Positions 39,750 to 62,574 of a stretch of DNA of 64,000 nucleotides are shown here, piece by piece. The stretch lies in contig OZ231126.1 in NCBI GenBank assembly GCA_965153355.1, positions 7,874,001 through 7,938,000 on the forward strand, given 5' to 3'. The notes under the pieces were generated by a model. The model worked only from the letters and a program-made list of their open reading frames with translations. It ran no database searches and was not told the DNA's origin. Source of the stretch: Flaccisagitta enflata (taxonomy: Eukaryota). The first letter of the stretch is position 1. Every line of letters begins with the position of its first letter. Made by a program: the position numbers and the translations under genes.

Positions 39750-42077
39750 CTTCGTTTTATTTTTAGTGGTAAAACGCGCATTTCCGCCCGAACCACCCGA
39801 ACCAGCCTACCTACCCAAAAATTTCAAAAAAACGTAGCTATAAAAATATTCCACGAAATTTTCCGAAATTTTGCATGAACAACCATTCAACCCTTGGACA
39901 AATCCTGGGTAAGTAATCATGGCGATCATGTAATTACTTTGGCCGTAATCGCACAAAACATTTTTTTCACGTCATCAAAAACATAAAATTGATCGACGGT
40001 TTTTTATAGGTTTACCTGTCATGACTACCTTGAATAATGGTCAGTGAGCGGTCTTACGTATAAATATTACATATTCAAAATTTCACGCAGATATCTCTTA
40101 CCGTTTGAAAGATATAAACATTTTAAATGATTATGTATGTAGAAACCGCGCGGCGATCTTTCATCCCCGCGCAGTTCGTAACCTAGTTACCTTAACTTAA
40201 AAGATCAACACGAGACAAACACTTTGGCTGAAACATCATGTGCTGTGTTTTAAGAAAAAGCTGTACCATTCTCTCGGACATAATTTAAGTCATGGTTTAA
40301 TAAGTAAATATTCATAACTAACAAACTATTAATGATAGAATCATGCGATTTTAATTTCATGTTCCCAACACAGCGCCTACCCTTGAAAAAAAATCAAGTT
40401 CATTGAACAAACAAAGCGGATTCTAGGTCACAGTCTAGTCTAGCGTTGTCTTTTCTTTGACCAGGCCAGGGTAGCGATAGATCAAGTGAAGGTCAAGTTC
40501 AAGGACATGTGCGACATTCATCATTCCCACCAATGCAACTCTATCATAACGTTTTTTCTGATAGATTGCTGCCACCGGAACTTGCCAAGGTATTTGCCCA
40601 AGCTGGCGGACTATGTGACGATGGCTGGTATGATGCAGTTTCAACAGCATCAACAACACCTGCTACAACCTCAAGTCGCCTCTCTCATGGCCATTTATCG
40701 TCAGGTAAGCTTTCCATACGGTTTTATTGAGTTGCTTGAATCATTCTTGAGCTTCAAATGCCCTGTTGTGGCTACAATAAAATGCCATCGAGGCCATGTG
40801 GGAATTCCCACCCACATGTCAGAGAGAACAAGGCCAAGTAGGCCAATAAGGTGCGACGTGTGGATCGTCGAACAAATGCGTTACCCCACCGACAGACCGA
40901 CCAACGGACACAGCCAGTTATAGAGGTGCTTTGTCGCACCTAATAACAAGAACAGAAAGAAAATAGATTGATTCTCAAACATTCACTGCTTCAGTCCGAT
41001 GACTGCCCCTGCCTTTGCCCTTAATGCATTTGCCACTTTTTGTTACCGATATCTTAAACTTGTTCAATTTCCCTGTTTCTTTTTCCCCTTCATATGACAC
41101 AATCGTCCAATCCTCCTAAAGCTTGTTCCTCTGGCGGCCATTTATTGTCATCTGGGCATCAGGTAAGAGTTGTTTTGAATCATTCTCAAGCTTCAAATGC
41201 CGTTTTGTGGCTACATTAAAATGTCATCAAGGACATGTGGGATATCCCATCTCCGAGAATGGGAAGGGCAGAAAATAATTTCTTTGAAGATATATATTCT
41301 GTCATCCAGCCGCCTCTGCCTCCATCCATGACTTGGGCCTTTGGCCTTGATGTATTTGCCTCCTATTTGGCCAATATCTTTTACTACTGCTTTATTCTGT
41401 TTTTTTTTCCCCATTCATGTGATGCAATCCTCCACGCTGCTGCAATTGCTGCTCTCTTACACCAACAGCAACTGACACGCTGGTTCAGTAATGGAACTTC
41501 ACCCTCGGGTATGCGTTTCCTCCAATTCTCCGTGCCAGGGGGCTGAGTTTGAATCACAACCAAGTAGGATTGTCTTAAGGTTTGCGTAACCATATTCTCA
41601 GTGACGCAATATAGCTTCACTATGTAAGTACTTACTTTGATGATGCTGACTTATAATGTTAATGGGTGAAGCTGAAACTGGCGCCGCTGATTGATGAGTT
41701 GCCAATCAGCATCATCAATGATGATGCTGAAATCAGTGTTAATCACAACTAAAGTGACAGACTACCACCATCCTAATGCATTACTTTTTTAATGAATTAC
41801 CGTCAGGGCGGGGTATCAGGGTTTTGTCGGGGTATCAGGGTTTTGTCGTCATGACTGAGTATGGTCATCTTGATGAGGAATAAACTTGATAGGAATATGA
41901 TTGATTATATGCGAATTATCATCTCTGCTGTCGCTGCTGATGTTTCAACACCTATTCACTGTTCATACGGAAAGATCATCTCCATGGAAACCAGCTGGAT
42001 TTCCTGATTGGAGATGATTTACCGTGAGAACCAATGAAATTTCCAGTTTTTGCATGAGACTGCTAAAACAAAACGTG

Positions 42078-42909
42078 CAGGCAGCCGGAAGGCTAAAAAC
42101 TTTTTAGCAACATTTTAGCAGCTTTTTAGCAACTTTTTAGCACTTTTTAACACAGGGGTTCCCCTTAAATTTTTGGGTGCTAAAAAGTTTTTAGCAGGAT
42201 TTTAGCACTTTTTGTCCGCTAAAAACTTTGTTTTTTGCTAAAAAGTTGCTAAAATATAATTTGCCATTAAAAATTTTTGCTAAAATTTTGCTAAAAAATT
42301 GCTAAAAAGTTGCTAAAAATTTTGCTAAAAAGTTGCTGAAAATTTTGCTAAAAAGTTGCTAAAAAGTTTGCTTAAAAGTTGCTAAAAAGTTTGCTAAAAA
42401 TTTTTGCTAAAAAGTTGCTAAAAAGTTGCTAAAAAGTTTGCTAAAAAGTTTGCTAAAAAGTTGCTAAAAAGTTGCTAAAAAGTTTGCTAAAAAGTTTGCT
42501 AAAAATTTTTGCTAAAAAGTTGCTAAAAAGTTTGCTAAAAAGTTAGTTGCTAAAAAATATTGTGATTTTAACTGTTTTTGCTAAAAAGTGTTTTGCTAAA
42601 AAGTTTTTTTGCTAAAAAGTTTCTGGCTAAAATGTTTTTAGCAATTTTTTAGCAGTTCTTATTTTAGCAGGGTTCAAACCAGAAGCTTTTTAGCATTTTT
42701 GGGCTTTTAGCAGTTTTTGTTTTAGCAATTTTTGACCAGAATTGAAGATTTTAGCACTTTAAAAACTGCTAAAAATTTCTAGCAGGAAAATTTTTGCTAA
42801 AAACTTTTTAGTGGTTCCCCTCAATGAAAAAGTGTGCTAAAAAGTTGCTAAAAAGCTGCTAAAAAGTTGCTAAAAAGTTGCTAAAAAGTTTTTAGCATTC
42901 CCTCCCCTG
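42078..42909. mobile_element. Foldback/MITE-like element built from inverted 11-12-bp GCTAAAAAGTT(T) repeats
   Basis: Termini CAGG..GGAAGGCTAAAAACTTTTTAGCAAC / GTTGCTAAAAAGTTTTTAGCATTCC..CCTG; the repeats switch orientation internally; a related terminus sits at about 5599. Confidence 0.7.
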
Positions 42910-44382
42910 TATACTACACACTTCTATAAAATATGAGGTAGGGAGGTGCCAAAAGTAGAGGCAGTTTAGGTGCACCCCAAGCCCCCTCTAAAGCTAAATT
43001 TCATGCTCTATTTAAAATGGATAGTGGGATTACGATGACTAAATGTGTTATTTACATTCCACTAGGCCACACAACTAGCAAATGCCAACTTATAATCACA
43101 TGTTCAAGACAAAACACTGAATTATGTCATGATACCCAGTTAAAGGGTAATGACACTCACTACACCCCTTTTGCTACACTGTGTCAGTCATGTTTACATT
43201 TCATCACACATAAACTTTTCCTATAAATTTGCCTAATGGCAAAAATGATAAAAATTTTTATGCAAATATTTAAAAATCACTGTTATTTAGCATGCATCGT
43301 TTCCATTGACCTGTGGTTGATTTTGACATTATTTTATTATCAAAAAACAAAATACGGCCTTTGTGAATGTGAAAACGATTCTTTTCGTAGTGAAGGAAAA
43401 AAAATACCCCTTTCTATGCAAAAAATATGAATAATATCGAGGATGAGGCAAGTGACAGATTTATCTAAACTATGGCTATAACTCTTTAATGTGAAATAAC
43501 TTGCAAAATGAAATATAACAGGTGTTGTGGGGTATCAAATGAAAGCCCTTACAATTCTGCATCGATTGATACCCATAATGAGGAGTTTGATGAGAAAAAA
43601 AAATGACGTCATACTTCCCTACTTAATGGAAAACTGGAAGTGATGCGCGTAATAACTAGTCAGTGTGGGCTCACAAGTCTCTCTTTCATATTTCTCATTT
43701 TGGTTTAAAGTTAGGGATATTGTTTCACTTTTCATTCTGAGAGACGAATAGAGCAGCGCATCTCTCATCATAAAACAAGTGACGCGGGGTCACAATACCG
43801 TTGCGCACGGGTGGGCAGGTGCGTCCGACCCCCATCCATACCCCAATTCCCACTCCTTTCCACTTTTCAACTCGATCATTACCGACGGATGGACCGGCGG
43901 ATGGACAAAGCTTCTTAAAGAGTTGCGTGTCCGCTACTAAAAACGCTAAATCGTAGATTTCAAATTCATATTCATAAAGAAAAGAAAGAAAGTTGACGCA
44001 TGACTGACGCATCGCCTTCCTGGTCATTTATTTTCTCCAACGACCTTTCTTCTCCATTAACGAGAGGAAAGTCGATAAAATATGGGACTCCATGCGCAAA
44101 CATGTGCATGGCAACGAGAAAATAAATCCTTTCTTTTTTTCCTTTGATGTGGGGAAGAAAACGAAAAAAGAATGATAACTCCCAAACTCCTAACCCGACA
44201 TTGGTCGATGCAGTATTGCAAGGTGTTTCATTTAATTACTAATGACATATATTTTATTGAATTTTTTGTCATTGTGTCCATAAAATCTTCCTATCGGCAG
44301 TTTTTGCCTACTTTTTCTCAAACACTTTCTCCCTTTCCTGTGTTAACAAATGATCTAAAATTGCTTAAAAAGACAAGACACC

Positions 44383-44539
44383 TTTTTAGATGCGGACACG
44401 CAACTCTATAAGAGGCTTTGTCCGTCCGTCGGTCGGTTGGTTGGTTGGTCCGTCACGCTCGAGTTGAAAAGTGGGAAAACGCGTATTTCCGCCCCTGCCC
44501 ACCCGTCCGCAACTGATGGCCGTGTATCCGGCCTTGTTT
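44383..44539 (+). mobile_element. Helentron/DINE-1-like element, family A
   Basis: Complete copy TTTTTAGATGCGGACACGCAACT..GTATCCGGCCTTGTT. Confidence 0.8.
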
Positions 44540-44961
44540 ATCAGGTAAATAGGTAAATTGCAGATATCTTTTACTATTTCGGGCAGTTGCAAATGGGAAA
44601 GAATGCACAAAAAATGGACCATCTCCAAACATTTTGCTAAAAGACTAAAATTTGAGCTCCAAAAAGGCTAGTGACCTCCATCTTGCCAATTTCCATGCCG
44701 AAAAAATGTTGCGCTCGTTTTTAACCCCAAAAATGCTATTTTTTTATAATTTTGCCATGATTTACCAAAATTTTAAAGATTTCTTTTAAATAAATTGATA
44801 GTAATTCTTTACTTTTTTTTTACCAGTAATACTTTACTTTTGCTTGAAGTTCGTCCACCTCTGTCACCGTTAAGATGGTCAAATGAGCAAATAATGCTTT
44901 AAAAATGGGAAAATTGAGGGATTTTGAGGCAGCAACCTACGAATACAACTTTATGTGACAG

Positions 44962-45129
44962 AACAAGGCCGGATACACGGCCAATACCAGTCGCGAACGG
45001 GTGGGCAGGGGCGGAAATGCGATTTTTCTCTTTTCGACTCGATCACCATGACCAACGGACGGACCAACGGACGGACCAACGGACGGACGGACAAAGCCTC
45101 TTATAGAGTCGCTAGTTCGCGACTAAAAA
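44962..45129 (-). mobile_element. Helentron/DINE-1-like element, family A
   Basis: AACAAGGCCGGATACACGGC..AGTCGCTAGTTCGCGACTAAAA; closely similar to 55119-55305. Confidence 0.8.
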
Positions 45130-45459
45130 TAGTAAAAAATGGTTATTTGATAATAGTGTTGTGGTTATTAGAAAGATTGAAGCTATAGTCCCTAAAAAGG
45201 TAAAACCGACAATATGTCTAAAAACTTTTATGCTAATTGACTAATTGACCGACAATATGTCTAAAAACTTTTATTGCTAATTGACATTGACTTAATGGTG
45301 AGTGTTGACGGAGGTCAATAAATTTTTGCGACTCATATTTTGGTCTGAAGACTTAGCGTCAAGTTTTCACCTCCAGATTCATAGCTCAGGCATCCAGGTT
45401 TGATTTCCAACTTCCAATTTTCCACCTTGCGACGCTCGCATCCCCTCTAATAACGACCA

Positions 45460-45790
45460 CCGTATTTCTTGTAATAAGCGCCCCGGGCGCTTTTGAAATT
45501 GAAATGAAACATTGCAATTTCAAACCTGCAATCATTTCCCCTTACTGAATCACATATAAATAATCCTATACAAAATTTTAAATTTTTGACCAATTTTGTG
45601 CAATTCAATTCAATAAAACACGGTTTTTAGATGGTTTTTGCAAACAAAAAAAAAAACAAAAAAAAAAAAACAAATTTTCAATAAACTTTTTAAGATTTTT
45701 TTTTGAAAAATTATTTTTATCATCAGCTTAATCTTTTATTAGAAGGGGGCGCTTATTAGAGGGGGGGGGCGATAAATGCAAGAAATACGG
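45460..45790. mobile_element. Tc1/mariner (pogo-like) MITE
   Basis: TIR CCGTATTTCTTG / CAAGAAATACGG followed by TA; subterminal AATAAGCGCCCC / GGGGCGCTTATT. Confidence 0.7.
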
Positions 45791-48414
45791 TACTCCCCCA
45801 TGGAACGTGGTTCAAAAAACAACGTCGGTGCCGTTGACCATTCTAATGCTCTTGCAACATTTCTTACAATCCGATTTCAGACGGACGTCATCCCCGCACA
45901 ACGAAATACTCCACGTCTTTTCTCACTTTCCTCATCCGAAATCTTGGCCGAGCTTTTGGCGAGACGTTGGAAAGATTATCAGTCAAGGAAATTCGATCAA
46001 ATATTGTTTCTGCCGGTTTGTCATGTAACAAGAAATTAACATAGATAGGCCATCAGATGCGATGTGGAGGTTGAATTTTAAAAGAAAAGTTGGTATGTAC
46101 CAATGGGTTCTCGGACGGAAATAAATCGAAGATTTGAGGCTTTGTCAACCTTGTTAACAATCATCTTTCCTTCCTAAAAAAGAAGGAAGAAACACGAGCT
46201 GGTAGCGGGTAGCGCGTTTTGTTTTCCTACGTACATGTCGAGGTTACAAAAATAAAATCAGTACAAATTCTCTAACTAATCCTGACAACTACAGCCTGTA
46301 GTACAGGGTGATCAATCTCAAAGTGTGAAAAGTATCAAGCTTATAAGTTCTTACATGTCTATGGTCTGGGATCATTTTTTTTTATGTTTGACATTTTCGA
46401 AAGATTTCACAGAGATCATTTTTCCTTTCTAGTCGCGTGCACGCGACTCTATGACCCGCTCTGTCCGTCTATCGGTCCGTCCGTCCGTCATGCTTAGCTT
46501 TTTTATCATTTTACATCATTTTAAGTCATTTTAAATCATTTCAAGTTATTTCAAGACAATTTACATTTAGTCTTTTTGTCTTTTAGTCTTTTGGTCTTTT
46601 AGTCTTTTAGTCTTTTAGTCTTTTAGTCTTTTAGTCTTTTGGTCTTACAGCCGGAGATCCTGGGAAAGCTCATTTCTGAGCTTTTGCTTTTTTTGCGTTT
46701 TTTTCTTAATTTCTCACGGCCATACATCCTCATCAAGTGGACTGATTCTTTTTTTTTAGAGAATTTTTGGGCAACAGCTATGTGGTAGAGAAAAACTGGG
46801 ATGTAGGTATGGATTTTTACCTTTTTTTTCGATTGGAGAAAAAATGAGAGGTGGAAATCACGAACCCCTTCGATTTTTTTCATTTTTCACTCAGGCATAG
46901 ATTTTGGGGCGAGGAATTCATTTAGGTTGTAAAATCACCTACAAGTCTTCAAGAAATAGGCCAAAATAAATAAATAAAAATATAAAAGCTAAGAATTGAG
47001 CTTTCTGAGCAAAAGGCTCAACATTGAGCTCTTGGCTGAGTAACGAACTCAAAAAGCTCATTTCTGAGCTTTTTAAAAGCTCAAAGTTAAGCTTTTTGGG
47101 GATTAGTCTTTATTGACGCCTCACCCTGTCGTATCTTGATGAAAAGCGTCATCAGGGCTAACTTTGGGGGGTCAAAAATCAAAATTGAGATTTTCGCGTT
47201 AATTTTTTTTAATGGCCAGGTAACACGTAAACTAAGACCAAACAAACAATTTTCAACTTTTTTTCCGACTAACATGGCGCTACGAGCTCGGCAAAGTTGA
47301 AAATCGACTTTTTTGGGGGGGTTGAAATTTCGACCTTTTTCATTATGAATCGTTGCCACAAAATCGTTCGCTGTGGCTCTAAGAATTGCATTTTTGACAT
47401 GCGGATTTTTTTGCTGACTCAGTCTTGAGCGGCTATACGGATATCTGAAAAAAAATCCCTCATAGTTTAGTATCCTAGTCGCGATAAACAAAGAAGTACA
47501 CTTTTTCATCTTTTTCATAATAGCCCTATTAGGGTAGTTTCCAGGACCAACAGTTGAAATTTTTTTAAATATGCATACCAGCCCAACTGACCTATCACTT
47601 AGAAATTGAAAAAAAAACGTTTTTTTTGTTTTTGCTGTTTTGCTCCAATTGTCTCCAAATTTTGCATGAGGGTTGTCACTGACCCTAGATACTATTTGCA
47701 TATGCTATAGCCGATCGAATCAAGGATACTCGCCAAAATACTAAACTAAAAAAAACCATGATTTTGGGTGAAATTATCCAAAATTTTTGGAAAAGTCAAA
47801 AATGGCTAATTATCAGTTCAGTTATTTCCATATTGTAAACAAAACAAAAAAACAAAAAAATGCATCCCAAATTTATTCGTTTATAGCACTTTTTAGGTAA
47901 AACAAGGCCGGATACACGGCTACCCCAGTTGCATGCGAGTGGGAAGGGGCTGTATTAGAGGTCACTTGATCACTTGGGCAGGAGCAGTGAGGCCAAAACC
48001 CAAAAAAAGTAAAGTGTGACGGACGGACCGACAGACCGACGGAGGGACCGATGGACGGACCGACAAAGCAGATGTAGAGTCTTTGATTTTCTTCCCCGTG
48101 ATGTATCGCGACCCGTTACAAAATCTATGATTTTCTTCCCAATAAAGCAATAAAACAGTGTATTTAAGGTTTAAATAGTGTCAAATTGTGTTTTACTAAT
48201 CAAGTTTTATGATTGGTACTCTTTTTTTCCCCTTCCTTTCCGTCCCCATCTCCAAACCCCCAGGGTTTCCACAGAAAAATAATTATATACAGGCCTGAAA
48301 CAATAACATCTAAACTAGTCATCCAGGATGCATGCATGGTCAGTGGTACCCGATGCCCTGCTTGGAGTGATCGGGTACGTAGTGGAGTGAGAACAGGGCA
48401 AAAAAAAGCATACT

Positions 48415-49140
48415 GCTTGCTGGTTTAGCCCGCTGCCCACAATGGTTCGCTGGTTTAAGCCTCTGCTGGTTTAGGTCTGCTGTTTAGGTCTGCTGGTTTA
48501 AGTCTGCTTGTTTAAGCTCGGCTGGGTTTAGTTCGCTGGCCGGCGCCCGCTGGCTTGGCCCGCTGGTTTGGGTCTGGTTTTTGGCCTGGCTGAAGCTGTA
48601 TTTTAATCTGTTTACGGCCCGTTTATGTCTGGTTTGGTCTGGTTTGGCCCGGCTTGGTCTGGCTTAAGTCTGGCTTAAGTCGCCCGTTCGCTGGTGCATG
48701 GCCCGCACCTGGCCCTGAGCCTGGCTCTGAGCCTGGCTGAGTCTGGCCGGAGTCTGGTTTGAGCCTGTCGAGCTCCGCTGAGTCTGCTTGAGTCTGGCTT
48801 GAGTCTGGTTTGAGTCTGGTTTGAGTCTGGTCGGAGTCTGGATTGAGTCTGGTTTGAGTCTCATTTGAGTCTGGTTTGAATCTGGTTTCTGAGTCTGGCC
48901 GGAGTCTGCTTGGGTCTGGCTTAAGTCTGGTTTAAGTCTGGCTTGCTTGTGTTTTAGGCCTGGTTTAGGTCTGGCTTAGGCCTGGTTTAGGTCTGCTTAG
49001 TCTGGTTTAGGTCTGGCGAGCTCCGGCTTAGCCTGGTTTAGGTCTGGTTTTAGTCTGGTTTTGGGCCCGGGCTTTAGGTCCGTTTTTCTAATCTCTTTGG
49101 CTTGGAGTCTGGCTTGAGTCTGGCTTGGGTCTTTTAAGTC
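48415..49140. repeat. Degenerate ~10-11-bp tandem repeat (GAGTCTGGTTT)
   Basis: Directly visible. Confidence 0.85.
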
Positions 49141-49536
49141 TGATTTTCGAGAAAAAGATATAATAAGGAGTCAGGTCAGTTCAGTTATTTTTGTCCTGCA
49201 CGCGACTTATAGGTGTTGGCCTTGTTGCTTTATTTCTGAATTTGTTCTTACTGAGTTTGCTGCTCTTGTAGTTGTTTTTGCTGCTCTTGTAGTTGTTTTT
49301 ATGGTTGAGTTGAGTTTGCTGCTCTTGTAGTTGTTTTTATAAATCTAATGTCGTTGTCATTTACCTCGACTGTTCCAAGTTATTGGTGTTCTTCTCGCTG
49401 AGTTTGTTGCTCCTCTAAATGTTATTGTTTATTACCATTGTCATTTACCACAATCGTTTTGTTTTCGCAACTGTTGTTGTTGTTCAGTTTTTTGCGGCAC
49501 TTGTTATTACTTTCGCTGATTGACGTTGGTATTTAC

Positions 49537-59508
<9,972 letters not shown>

Positions 59509-59542
59509 CTGTTAACATAAGAAATTGCAAAAGTCGCACTGA

Positions 59543-59631
59543 AGGGGTTGTCGCATTGGGCGTATTATCTAGATATCATCGAGATATTCCCTATGTAATA
59601 TCTCGATAATGTTCCCAATGCGACAACCCCT
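59543..59631. mobile_element. ~90-bp mini-MITE
   Basis: Perfect 18-bp TIR AGGGGTTGTCGCATTGGG / CCCAATGCGACAACCCCT. Confidence 0.65.
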
Positions 59632-60424
59632 TGACTCGCACACGGGTGAGATGATCATATAAGCGATTCCCGATGGCCCTTATTGTAAATGTTTGTGGGT
59701 ATGAGATGGGCAGCACTCCTCTGAGGGTCGATGATCTGAGCTCAAAGTTACAGCTGGAGGCTGAGATTTGGGGCATGAGGCAGGGATTTTGTAGGCTATG
59801 TGGCTGAGTTTTAATCCTTGAAGCTGAAAACTGAGTAGTGGGTATTGGGGATTAGACTTTGGCCTCGTACCACTCGGCTAAAAAAAAAAGACGCACCTCT
59901 TCATTAACTATTAAAACAGATATGAAGACTAGGTTTAACCATTTTTGAAAAGACATTTTGAAAGATTTACGAAAAATCTTTCAATCTAGACCAATCCCAG
60001 GTCTGCATCTCAAACGGTTTAGATGCACTGCAAAGAAAAGCACTCATTTACAAAAATGCATATTTATTTAGGGATTGCAAAACTGAAATGGGCAATGTTT
60101 TCATTAAAACTAATGTCATTTCTAAACCAAAAAAAAAAAAAAGATAGCAACATCAGATTGGCACAAAAAAAGTACTTTTAATAAGTATTTGCAAGATTCA
60201 TAGATAAAATTAGTCATCCGAAAGTGCGTCTTTTTAGTCGTATGGTAGCTTGGATCCGGTATGAGAGTCTCCCGGCTGGAATATGGGCTACAAGAGCTGA
60301 CATATGGGCCAAGAATACGAGGAAGGCAAAGAGAAAGATAACTAGTGGCGTTCGCCATATTGTGTTCCATGAAAACTTGATTTGGTGTGAAAAAGAAAGG
60401 CAATGATCCATAAAAAGAATCTTA

Positions 60425-61026
60425 CAGGGTCATCAGCCTGAGATGCCGGATTCTGTTAAGCTTTTACTCAGAGATGCCTTATACCCTTGATTTCATACTG
60501 ATTGTCTCTTAAAGAGCATAAATTGACGTTTTTTGTATCAAAATTTCATCCAAATCGGTTAAGTAGTTTAGATTTTACAAGTCTTTGAAGTAGAAACTAA
60601 TTTTCCCTCAATGGCAGAATTTTCAATAAAAATTGAGAGAGAGAGCATTTTTAAATTTCTCTCTTTTTTCAACTTTTTGAGCTGGAATGGTCTAGTATGA
60701 AATGAAAATTGATGTAGTTTCAAAAATTTGTCAAATCATCTTTTATTTAGGACTAATCTCATGATTCTGGCTCAAAATATTGCAAAATGAGAAAATGGGA
60801 AAAAAGACTGTTCCTCCATTTTCCAATGAAAAAACAGAAGTGGCGAAAAGGAAGTTTTTTACTTAAATACATGTAAAATCTAAACTATTTGACCGATTTT
60901 GATGAAATTTTAATACAAAAAACGGCAACCTATACTCTATAAGAGACAATCAGTTTGAAATCCATGACATTTGGCATCTCAGAGTAAAAGCTTAACATTA
61001 TCCGGCATCTCAGGCGGATGACCCGG
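60425..61026. mobile_element. Tc1/mariner-derived MITE, ~600 bp, long TIRs, TA target duplication
   Basis: TA|CAGGGTCATCAGCCTGAGATGCCGGAT..GTTAAGCTTTTACTC mirrored by GAGTAAAAGCTTAAC..ATCCGGCATCTCAGGCGGATGACCCGG|TA; arms extend beyond 150 bp. Confidence 0.85.
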
Positions 61027-61064
61027 TATGATAATAACCAGACTAAGCTGTGTTGCAGATAATG

Positions 61065-61244
61065 GCTGCCTGTGGGCGGCCTAACTTTCATCCATGGGCG
61101 ACCTCACTGCCGCCTATGGGCGGCCTCACTGCCGCCTGTGGGCGGTCCCACTGCTGCCTGTAGGTAGTCCCACTGCCACCTGTGGTTGGTCCCATTGCTG
61201 CCTGTGGGCGGTCCTACTTCTGCCTGTGGGTGGTCCCACTGCCG

Positions 61245-61250
<6 letters not shown>
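61065..61250. repeat. 22-bp minisatellite (CCCACTGCCGCCTGTGGGCGGT)
   Basis: Directly visible. Confidence 0.85.
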
Positions 61251-61326
<76 letters not shown>

Positions 61327-61639
61327 TGTGTGTGTGTATGTATATGGAGAAAAACTGAGTGGTGTTTCATACATCAGAAAATTCTGAACTGTGTGACATA
61401 CATTGGAGAAAACTGGGTGGTGTGACCAGAGATAAGCGTTACTGAGCGTCAGTGGTCGGCCGTTATGAGGTTGTTATATAGTAAAAATTCGCCATTTTAT
61501 GCTAAGGTCGTTATCCCTGAATAACTGGACGTTATTTGAATAAGGTTACACATTATCTAAGTAAAAGGAATAGATTTTGTAAAAGGTTCATTGCATTTGA
61601 CTCATGGAATTCCTCGTTATGAAAGATTGACAACATTAC

Positions 61640-61760
61640 CACTATACTTACTGTACTTACCATACTATACTTACTATGCTTACTATACTTACTATACTTA
61701 CTATACTTACTATTTTTACTATTCATACTATACTTTCTATAATTACTATACTTACTATAC
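61640..61760. repeat. 9-bp tandem repeat (TACTATACT)
   Basis: Directly visible. Confidence 0.9.
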
Positions 61761-61817
61761 AAGGCCCTCTTCTACTCATTTCAGTTAGGGTAGAGAGAAG
61801 GATATTGTTCCACCTAT

Positions 61818-61898
<81 letters not shown>

Positions 61899-62256
61899 GC
61901 ACACACAGACACACACACATACACACCCACACACGCACAATTCCCACATTGCTGTGTGATGATGTTTCATCATCATCATTATTATTTCGTTCTCATCTTC
62001 GACAATCTTTCGCTTAGCGGCTTTGACACTTTATCTCTCAAACATCCGACCAGAGTGGTCCACGACTACCAGTATAACAGGAAAATCAAGTGAAAATGAT
62101 GTCAATAAATATCCTCTTTTTTCTTATAGATTCTTTTTTTTTTTTATCCTTTGACTCTCTGTCTCTCTGTCTCTCTCCGTCTCATTCATTCTGGCTTTTT
62201 TAAGTAGAGATTTCCATCAATGTGGGAGTGTATTTAAAAGAGAGGCAGAGAGAAAA

Positions 62257-62371
<115 letters not shown>

Positions 62372-62574
62372 ACAGCAAAAGCGGTATAAGATCGACTTAA
62401 GGAAACAAAGAATCTTGGAAGAATAAAAGAGAAGAAGGAGAAGAAAGAGGAAGAAGAAGAGGAGGAGGAGGAGGAAGAGGAACAATCGGTTTTCATGGTG
62501 ATTTATCCGTTATCCGTTATCCCATATATCCTATCCGTTACACGGATAGCCGGATCTCGATACCTTATCTCTGG

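Noticed and set aside
45870..45990. Possible final PKD2 exon (SFQRLAKSSAKISDEESEKRRG on minus)
   Set aside because: No clear acceptor and no convincing match to the conserved PKD2 coiled coil.
47087..47701. 204-aa minus-strand ORF
   Set aside because: No recognisable motif and rich in homopolymer-derived K/F; it looks like non-coding transposon interior.
60122..60411. Upstream PKD2 exon candidate
   Set aside because: The translations lack the expected TOP-domain motifs (e.g. YNANINLFC-like) that precede LVAEFP.
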